Assembly: GCA_034530935.1 (NCBI GenBank)
Contig: JAVRCF010000009.1
Coordinates: 57,013 to 89,012, forward strand
From: Aulosira sp. DedQUE10
Lineage (GTDB): Bacteria; Cyanobacteriota; Cyanobacteriia; Cyanobacteriales; Nostocaceae
Length of the DNA: 32,000 bases
Reading direction: 5' to 3'
Made by a program: the position numbers and the translations under genes. Below, piece after piece: positions 18,915-25,365 of the stretch (the stretch's first letter is position 1; every line of letters starts with the position of its first letter). The notes beneath the pieces were generated by a model. It did not search any database. It was not told the DNA's origin and saw nothing but the letters and a program-made list of their open reading frames with translations.

Positions 18915-19180
18915 AGGGTAATTTATTAATTAAATCGGTAATGATGCTATTTAGACCAATACGGTTCAGTTAAGGCTATGCAGTGCTTAGAATAACGAAG
19001 CCACGAGGTTTTGTTATTTAAAACTCCCTTAAGGGACTTCCAGAAATTAAATTATCCAATTTTGAGGGCGAAGATGCACATGATATTTCAATACAGTTCA
19101 GTTAATAAAATTAATCAACAACAAAGCCAAAAAACTAGTTACTCAACAAAAAAACAGAACACTAATTTTGGAGGGGGTTT

Positions 19181-19227
19181 GGGGGACGCAACCGTCCCCC
19201 AATCGGGGGTTTGGGGGAGAATCCCCC
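19181..19227. repeat. Pair of G5/C5 hairpins downstream of the kinase-FGE gene
   Basis: The first is gggggacgcaaccgtccccc (19181-19200, 7-bp stem). The second is gggggagaatccccc (19213-19227, 6-bp stem). Similar hairpins occur at 22122-22171. Confidence 0.7.
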
Positions 19228-19349
19228 AAGATGCTGGCTTTTTCAACAAGTGACAATCAATCTCTAACCACCTTAACCCAAGCGTATTGCATGATATTTT
19301 CCTCCCCCCGCTTCCCCTAGCGACGGGATATTTATTTACTTGGAAGTCC

Positions 19350-21194
19350 CTAATGTGTGCCATCGGCAGAAAACACAATCCGAAAGCCACATATCCTCAA
19401 TCCACCGTCTGACTCATTCCAACTGCGACTGGCGCTGCGACAAAGTTCTGCACCGAAACTCCAAGAACCACCACGCAACACCCGGCGATGTATATCACCG
19501 CCATCTTCCCACACACTTGCATCTGTAGGTGCGCCTTGATAATTATTGTGCCAGGGATCAGCGCACCATTCCCAGACTAAACCGTGCATATCGTATAATC
19601 CAAAGGCGTTGGCGATTTCAAAACTACCAACATTTGTGGTTTCTTTACGATATTTCGCATCGCTAGCACTACAGCTAACTATTTCAGGAGTAATGTTTTC
19701 GCCAAAGTGAAAGGATGTCTTCGTTCCAGCACGACAAGCATATTCCCATTCGGCTTCGCTGGGTAAACGATAATCACGTCCAGTTTTTTCGGCTAACCTG
19801 AGACAAAATTCTACAGCTTCATACCAAGAGACATTCTCTACTGGTAGATTTGGGCCTTTGTTTTTCGATGGGTGAGGATTTAAAAGTTGTTTGACTTTTG
19901 GTAAAGCGGCTACAGCTTTCCACTGTGCTTGAGTTACAGGAAATTTACCCATGAAAAAAGGTGCAACTGTAACTTGGCGTTGGGGACGTTCGTCTGCATC
20001 GCCTTCAAACGCTGGCGAACCCATCATAAATGTACCACCAGGAATTGAGACCATTTCCAGTGCGATCGCTTTACTCAATTCTTCTGCAAAAAATTTACTA
20101 CGGAAGCGATCGCGGTTTACTTCTCTACCCGCCGTATCTACTGTTACCACATCAAATTCAAAGCTTTGTAATGGAGGTAGCGGTACGATGATTTTTTGTA
20201 ATTTTGTAATAGGTGATACAGATAATAATAACCGTTGCGAAATTGCGATAATTTCCGCTTCTAAATCAGATGTGATTGTAGTCTTCAAATCATTGATGAC
20301 TTCTGCCGCTGATTGATATCTATCCTTTGGTAAATGTTGCAGCAATTTATTGAGAATTTTGCTTAAGCCATGACTGAGGGTAATACCATTTTCTTGCAGC
20401 CGTTCTGGCCACAACCACTGAGCATTCATGGCATCATAAAGGCTATCTTGTATTTGTCCATCACCACTTTGTAAGGGCAAACATTGAGTTAAAAGCCGCA
20501 CACAAGTTACACCCAAAGCATATAAATCGCTAGCATGACAAGCAAATCCAGCCATTTGTTCGGCGGGAGCATAACCAATTGTATAAATTACTGTCGCTTG
20601 TCTGGCTAAACTCGTTTGTGTTACCTGTTTTGCACCACCAAAATCAATTAATACAGGTTTACCATCACTATCACGGCGGATAATATTTTCTGGTTTAATA
20701 TCACGATGAATAACATTATGAGCGTGAACGAAGTCAAGCACTGGCAATAAATCAGCTAAAAGTTGCCGAATCTTACGTTCGCTAAAGGATTCTTTTTGAA
20801 CTTCTTCTAAAAGAGTTTTTCCTTGGATAAATTCTTGTACGAGATATAAGCTAGCACCTTGTTCAAAGTATGCTAATAATCTCGGAATTTGTGTATGATT
20901 TTCTCCTAATTCATACAAGCGAAATGCTTCTTCTTTAAAGAATTCCGCTGCCTTTAGGCGTTGTCCTGTTCCCTGAACTTGCGGGAAAAATTGCTTGATT
21001 ACACAAGGCGCATCAAGTCTATCTACATCCTCTGCTGCATAAGTTCTACTGAAACCACCTTCACCTAATAGACGTAATACACGGTAGCGGTTTCTCAGAT
21101 ATTGACCAAAATTGTTTTGTCCACAGCTCAAACAAAATCTATTGCTGTGCGAATTGAATGGATTTGAGCAATTGGGATTTTGGCAGATTTGCAT
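19350..21194 (-). CDS. Zinc-ribbon / Ser-Thr protein kinase / FGE-sulfatase (SUMF1, C-type-lectin fold) fusion protein
   Basis: The ORF encodes 614 aa. The N-terminus CQNPNCSNPFNSHSNRFCLSCGQ is a 4-Cys ribbon. Kinase motifs are GEGGFSRTY, CVIKQF, HRDIKPENI, DFGGAK and GYAPAEQ. The FGE domain reads MVSIPGGTFMMGSP...ERPQRQVTVAPFFMGKFPVTQAQW...YRLPSEAEWEYACRAG...RVLRGGSW...CRSASR...GFRIV. Confidence 0.93.
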   Translation of the reverse strand: MQICQNPNCSNPFNSHSNRFCLSCGQNNFGQYLRNRYRVLRLLGEGGFSRTYAAEDVDRLDAPCVIKQFFPQVQGTGQRLKAAEFFKEEAFRLYELGENHTQIPRLLAYFEQGASLYLVQEFIQGKTLLEEVQKESFSERKIRQLLADLLPVLDFVHAHNVIHRDIKPENIIRRDSDGKPVLIDFGGAKQVTQTSLARQATVIYTIGYAPAEQMAGFACHASDLYALGVTCVRLLTQCLPLQSGDGQIQDSLYDAMNAQWLWPERLQENGITLSHGLSKILNKLLQHLPKDRYQSAAEVINDLKTTITSDLEAEIIAISQRLLLSVSPITKLQKIIVPLPPLQSFEFDVVTVDTAGREVNRDRFRSKFFAEELSKAIALEMVSIPGGTFMMGSPAFEGDADERPQRQVTVAPFFMGKFPVTQAQWKAVAALPKVKQLLNPHPSKNKGPNLPVENVSWYEAVEFCLRLAEKTGRDYRLPSEAEWEYACRAGTKTSFHFGENITPEIVSCSASDAKYRKETTNVGSFEIANAFGLYDMHGLVWEWCADPWHNNYQGAPTDASVWEDGGDIHRRVLRGGSWSFGAELCRSASRSWNESDGGLRICGFRIVFSADGTH

Positions 21195-21924
21195 AATGTA
21201 GGGTAAGTAGCATCTTGTCCAAAGTTAGCCCCAATATTATCGAAAGTGAAAACAGATGTGGATACAAATAAATAAGGAATACAAAGGTAGTAATTATATT
21301 TATTTGTTGTTTTCTGTTTGTACCTTTGTAAATATGAGTATAAGTAAGAGTAATTATTTGTTATTACCCAGAGAATAATAAGATAAATTCCCTGATTTTG
21401 TCAACGGCATATTAATAGTATGGAAAAACACAGTCGAATTATCTCTATTTTGTTCTAAATTTTATCTCTCTATTCCTTGGCGTTATTGGCCTTATTGGCA
21501 GTTTGTTTGTTAATATAAAATGCCTCGTCGTTTCCTAAAGAGTATAAGATATTGCATTATTTAAAATTAAATTAGAGTTCTAGGAGCCTATATACTATTT
21601 GTGATTAAACACAAAAGCATCCAAAAGAATGTATGAATGTTTACTATTTATGCAAATGTTTTGGAGTTTTAACCTTGGACTCAGCAAAGCGAAGTTAAAA
21701 GAATTTAATAAGGGGTTTAAACCCTCACCTCAAATAGTCTCAAATAGTCTTTAATTAGGGACTTCCAGCACTATCTCTAGCTGTGCCGTACTCTCGGCGA
21801 TAAAACATCTTTGTATATTGAATATTTTTTTAATTGGAAATTCCTAAGAGGATGTTTGAAAAGTCCTTTTGTTGGTAGCAAAACGTTTTAGATCCACCAT
21901 TATCCACGCCACTTGCTACAACTC

Positions 21925-22190
21925 TTGGAACCCCCCTACCCTTCGGGAACGCTTTCAGCGAACGGGTTCGCAGTTGCTTCTCCCAAGGGGAGACGCGCAA
22001 GGGACAAGTCGGCGTTCGCCCTACAGCCCTTCGGGCATCCTACGGCGGGCGTTGCCGTTGGCAAAGCCTCTCGAAGAGAAGGCTAGCCGCCCAACGCACT
22101 GCTCACCGCAACGCAGTGGCTCCCCTTAAAAAGGGGGACTTTGATTCCGGTTCCCCCCTTTTTAAGGGGGGCTAGGGGGGATCAACAAGT
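21925..22190. repeat. GC-rich island of short palindromes and hairpins inside an AT-rich intergenic region (repeat element or structured RNA; nature unresolved)
   Basis: It contains gcgaacgggttcgc, ggcgttcgcc, two copies of cccttcggg, gcctctcgaagagaaggc, and then the hairpins ccccttaaaaagggg (22122-22136) and cccccctttttaagggggg (22153-22171). The ORF 21869..22129 here is Arg/Pro/Ser-rich and looks like a repeat artefact. Confidence 0.5.
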
Positions 22191-22298
22191 GCCTAAAGTC
22201 ACAGCTAACCACTTTTTAAACAACCTCTAGGGAATTACGTTAGCGTAGCGGGGCACAGCCCATTAAAAATTACAGCGTATTTCAGGTAAATGAAGTAC

Positions 22299-22384
22299 AA
22301 GGGTAGGGGCACAGCCATGTTCCCTACGATTATCTTTACCTCACCTTGGCGTAGCCTCTCGTAGAGAAGTTGCAATCTGCTGTA
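22299..22384 (+). repeat. 86-nt dispersed repeat, copy 1 (GTAGGG...CCCTAC hairpin plus a CTCTCGTAGAGAAG hairpin)
   Basis: The sequence is aagggtaggggcacagccatgttccctacgattatctttacctcaccttggcgtagcctctcgtagagaagttgcaatctgctgta. It has 4 mismatches in 86 nt against 30084-30169, in the same orientation. It ends 2 nt before the stop of the PotC-like gene. Confidence 0.9.
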
Positions 22385-22386
22385 GT

Positions 22387-23187
22387 TTAATTTTCTTCTC
22401 CATAAGCGCGAATTAGTTCTGCTACAAAAGCGACAATTGCGGATACTAAAATTAAAATAACGCTGAGAGCATTAATATCAGGTTTAACTCCAGTTCTGAT
22501 GCGACTAAAAATTTCCATTGGTAGGGTGTTAGAACCACTACCAGCAGTAAAACTAGCAATCAAAAAGTCATCTAAACTGAGGACAAAAGCCAACAGACAG
22601 CCAGCAATAATACCGGGCATTAGCTGTGGTAATAATACTTGCATGAAAGCTTGAAATGGTGTGGCTCCCAAATCTAACGCTGCTTCTTCTAGATGGGGAT
22701 TTAAATGCGTCAGTCGGGAAGACACCACCAGCCCCACATAGGCTAGACAAAATACCAAATGAGCCGCGATAATTGTCCACAAGCTCAAGGGGATGGCAAA
22801 GGCTGCTAAAAAAACTAGGGTAGCGACTGCGATCGCAATATCAGGAATAATCAACGGTAAATAAGAGACACCCCGATAGACTTTGTGAAGCGGAAAGCGA
22901 TAACGTGCTAAACCTACCGCCATCAATGTTCCCAACACGCCTGAAATAGCCACTGCACAAAAAGCAACTATCAAACTGTTTTGCAAAGCCGAGACAATCC
23001 GTTCATCACTGAACAGTTGGCGATACCAATCAAGGGTAAACCCTTGCCAACCTGCACTGTAAGGCGATTTGTTAAAACTATAAAATGCAAGCACTAGTAT
23101 AGGCAGGTACATAAACATAAATATAATTACTGATAAAACCGCCTGCCATGCGACACGCGGTTTTTTTGGTAAAGGAGAAATATTCAC
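22387..23187 (-). CDS. ABC transporter inner-membrane permease, PotC-like (spermidine/putrescine-type)
   Basis: The ORF encodes 266 aa with a GTG start. It has multiple TM segments and the EAA loop EEAALDLGATPFQAFMQVLLPQLMPGI. The N-terminal region YLPILVLAFYSFN...GFTLDWY is typical of PotC/PotI. Confidence 0.85.
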   Translation of the reverse strand: MNISPLPKKPRVAWQAVLSVIIFMFMYLPILVLAFYSFNKSPYSAGWQGFTLDWYRQLFSDERIVSALQNSLIVAFCAVAISGVLGTLMAVGLARYRFPLHKVYRGVSYLPLIIPDIAIAVATLVFLAAFAIPLSLWTIIAAHLVFCLAYVGLVVSSRLTHLNPHLEEAALDLGATPFQAFMQVLLPQLMPGIIAGCLLAFVLSLDDFLIASFTAGSGSNTLPMEIFSRIRTGVKPDINALSVILILVSAIVAFVAELIRAYGEEN

Positions 23188-23590
23188 TTTAGCTATTTTT
23201 TATTAATTTAATTAGCCGACAATTATATATTGTTTATGGTTAAGAGTCAATAGTGTTTAATTTAGAATTCATTACGCCCAACTTTGATTCCTGCTGAGGT
23301 TATCAAGAGTGGCAACTGCAAACCAGTTAAATATTCGATTTATGCATCTTTAAAAAGCTAGCAAGTGTCAAGAGTTGAGAATCTTTGACAGAAGCGGATT
23401 TCTTATCCTATATTAATCAATTTTAGCAACATTTTCTGCTAAAAAGCTAAAAACAGGCGTGGGGGCAATACAGTTTGTTTAAGCACTTTTCATATTCCTT
23501 GTGGTTTGGAAAAGGGAAAAAGTAGAACGTGAATTCACGCCTTTTCCCTTCTCCCCTTTCCCCTTTCCTATTAACCAAAGCATATTGGAT

Positions 23591-23815
23591 ATGGATGTTG
23601 TTTATTTCAAGAGAATGAATTTTCCATCTTCAGGAGAAGATAATTTCCCCACTTGGATAGATGAAAACTTAAAATTTAATGCCTATGATTATATGGTAGT
23701 TAATACATTGTTTGGCTTTGCAACAGAGATTCTGTATGAGTTAGAACAGCTTCAAGAAAACTTTAAACCCAAAGTACATAAGGCAGAAATCTCTAAGGCA
23801 AGACTAATTTTTTAG
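23591..23815 (+). CDS. Small hypothetical protein (74 aa) immediately upstream of the GT4 gene
   Basis: The track ORF 23501..23815 begins inside a repeat/palindrome region (23508-23554), so I prefer the in-frame ATG at 23591 (MDVVYFKRMNFPSSGEDNFPTWIDEN...). I recognise no motif. It ends 10 nt before the GT4 start. Confidence 0.35.
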   Translation: MDVVYFKRMNFPSSGEDNFPTWIDENLKFNAYDYMVVNTLFGFATEILYELEQLQENFKPKVHKAEISKARLIF

Positions 23816-23825
23816 GAGGTTTGTA

Positions 23826-24908
23826 ATGAGAATTGCTCAGATAGCCCCTCTATGGGAGAGAGTACCACCTCCAGGTTATGGGGGTATTGAGTTGGTAGTG
23901 GGGTTGCTGACAGATGAACTAGTGCGACGCGGGCATGAAGTCACACTATTTGCATCGGGAGATTCTATCAGTTTGGCAAAACTAGTGTCAGTTCACCCCC
24001 GTGCCCTCAGACTCGACCCTAATGTTAAAGAGTGCGGCATCTATGAGATGTTGCAATTGGGTTCAGTTTATGAGCAGGCAGAAAATTTTGATGTTATTCA
24101 CTCCCATATGGGTTGTGCGGCATTGCCCTATGCCAATCTTGTAAAGACCCCTACAGTTCACACCTTGCACGGTATCTTTACCCGTGACAATGAAAAGATG
24201 TTCCAATATGCCAAAAATCAACCTTATATCAGTATTTCCGATGCCCAACGGGAACCAATATTAGGGTTAAATTATGTCGCCACCGCATATAACGGCATTG
24301 ATGTCAGCAGTTATGAATTTCATGCTAAACCAAATGACCCGCCTTATCTAGCATTTTTGGGACGGATATCTCCAGAGAAAGGAACACATTTAGCTATAGC
24401 CATAGCCAGAGAAGCAGGTTGGCATTTAAAAATCGCAGGTAAAGTAGATGTCGTTGATGTAGAATATTACGAACAAGAAGTCAAACCACTGATTGACGGC
24501 AAACAAATTGAGTATTTAGGTGAAGCAAACCATGAGCAAAAAAATGCTCTTATGGGAGGTGCAGTAGCAACTTTATTCCCCATCACTTGGCGAGAACCAT
24601 TTGGGTTAGTGATGGTTGAATCAATGGCAGCAGGTACGCCAGTAATTGCGATGAAACTAGGGTCTACAGTCGAAGTAATTGACCACGGCAAAACTGGCTT
24701 TTTGTGCGAAAATACCGCAGAATTCGTCAATGCTATTAATAAAGTAACAGACTTAGACCGCTACGCCTGCCGTCAGCACGTCGAAGACCGCTTTAGCCTG
24801 CAAAAGATGACTGATAGTTATGAAGACGTTTACCGACAAATTCTGCAAAAGCGATTTGCTCAAAATGGTCATTTACGTAGCAAAGTTAGTTTAGGCAGCC
24901 TTATTTAG
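23826..24908 (+). CDS. Family-4 (GT-B) glycosyltransferase
   Basis: The ORF encodes 360 aa, with AGGAGG 8 nt upstream of the ATG. The N-terminus is MRIAQIAPLWERVPPPGYGGIELVVGLLTDELVRRGHEVTLFASGDS. The E-x7-E region is EPFGLVMVESMAAGTPVIA. Confidence 0.88.
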   Translation: MRIAQIAPLWERVPPPGYGGIELVVGLLTDELVRRGHEVTLFASGDSISLAKLVSVHPRALRLDPNVKECGIYEMLQLGSVYEQAENFDVIHSHMGCAALPYANLVKTPTVHTLHGIFTRDNEKMFQYAKNQPYISISDAQREPILGLNYVATAYNGIDVSSYEFHAKPNDPPYLAFLGRISPEKGTHLAIAIAREAGWHLKIAGKVDVVDVEYYEQEVKPLIDGKQIEYLGEANHEQKNALMGGAVATLFPITWREPFGLVMVESMAAGTPVIAMKLGSTVEVIDHGKTGFLCENTAEFVNAINKVTDLDRYACRQHVEDRFSLQKMTDSYEDVYRQILQKRFAQNGHLRSKVSLGSLI

Positions 24909-24935
24909 GTGAACCCTTCCGGTTCACCTTTTTTA
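24908..24935 (+). terminator. Rho-independent terminator of the GT4 gene
   Basis: The stem pairs ggtgaacc (24908-24915) with ggttcacc (24921-24928) across the loop cttcc. A T-run tttttta follows. The structure overlaps the last base of the stop codon. Confidence 0.8.
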
Positions 24936-25019
24936 TCAACTTTTTAGAAAAATCTGCGAAAAATCCTGATTGATTATATTCAATCAACTATAAACACCGA
25001 TGGGCATCAATCCGTCGGT

Positions 25020-25079
25020 GTTTGTCATTTGTCATTTGTCTCCCTCATCTCCCTCGTCCCCAGTCCCCAATGCCCCAAT
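25020..25079. repeat. STRR-type block (tgtcatt heptamers, ctccctcat 9-mers, CCCCAGT/CCCCAAT)
   Basis: The sequence is gtttgtcatttgtcatttgtctccctcatctccctcgtccccagtccccaatgccccaa. CCCCAGT is the classical STRR1 heptamer of heterocystous cyanobacteria. Confidence 0.85.
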
Positions 25080-25365
25080 TATGGTTAATATTGTTGAATA
25101 TACTGACGTTAAACTATTTTTAATCAAAAATGAGCGCCGCGATCGCATCAGCAAAATCTGCCATATAGGCACTTTTTTTCGGATCTTTGATGATTTACTA
25201 GGATTTATGAATACTTTATATCCCTGTTGGCGAAAACCAGTCTTTTAACTGATTACTGTGTATTCCCAATAGGCAATTGGTCAATATGTTGAGTAACATT
25301 ATCGGCATACCAGCAAATCAGAGTATAAAAAATTATTGTTACCTCGCAGGAGTGCTCTAAAGTCG

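Noticed and set aside
19011-19390. Track ORFs 19011..19253 (+) and 19139..19390 (-) between the CheB remnant and the kinase gene.
   Set aside because: They overlap each other and are built on the G5/C5 hairpin repeats and the GGGACTTCCA motif. Their products are low-complexity with no recognisable domain.
11857-20316. Nested or antisense track ORFs inside long genes (for example 11857..12141, 12038..12316, 12295..12531, 14827..15042, 15633..15842, 16006..16275, 16426..16647, 17483..17704, 19951..20316, and 25534..26827 on the minus strand).
   Set aside because: Each lies wholly within a gene that has strong motif support on the other strand or frame, and none shows a motif of its own.
21869-22129. 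Track ORF of 86 aa (…RERFQRTGSQLLLPRGDAQGTSRRSPYSPSGILRRALPLAKPLEEKASRPTHCSPQRSGSP).
   Set aside because: It lies entirely in the GC-rich palindrome island. The Arg/Pro/Ser-rich composition is what such repeats give in any frame, it has a non-ATG start, and there is no motif.
21195-22386. A DGR template repeat, RT or Avd gene near the kinase-FGE gene.
   Set aside because: I compared the coding-strand VR candidate (cgggtgttgcgtggtggttcttgg...ggctttcggattgtg) by eye with both flanking intergenic regions and found no homologous segment or RT-like ORF. If a DGR exists it is outside this window.
25000-25248. Track ORF of 82 aa downstream of the GT4 terminator. The similar ORF 27455..27649 was treated the same way.
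   Set aside because: Their N-terminal halves are translations of STRR heptamer blocks (ICHLSPSSPSSP...). There is no RBS and no motif.
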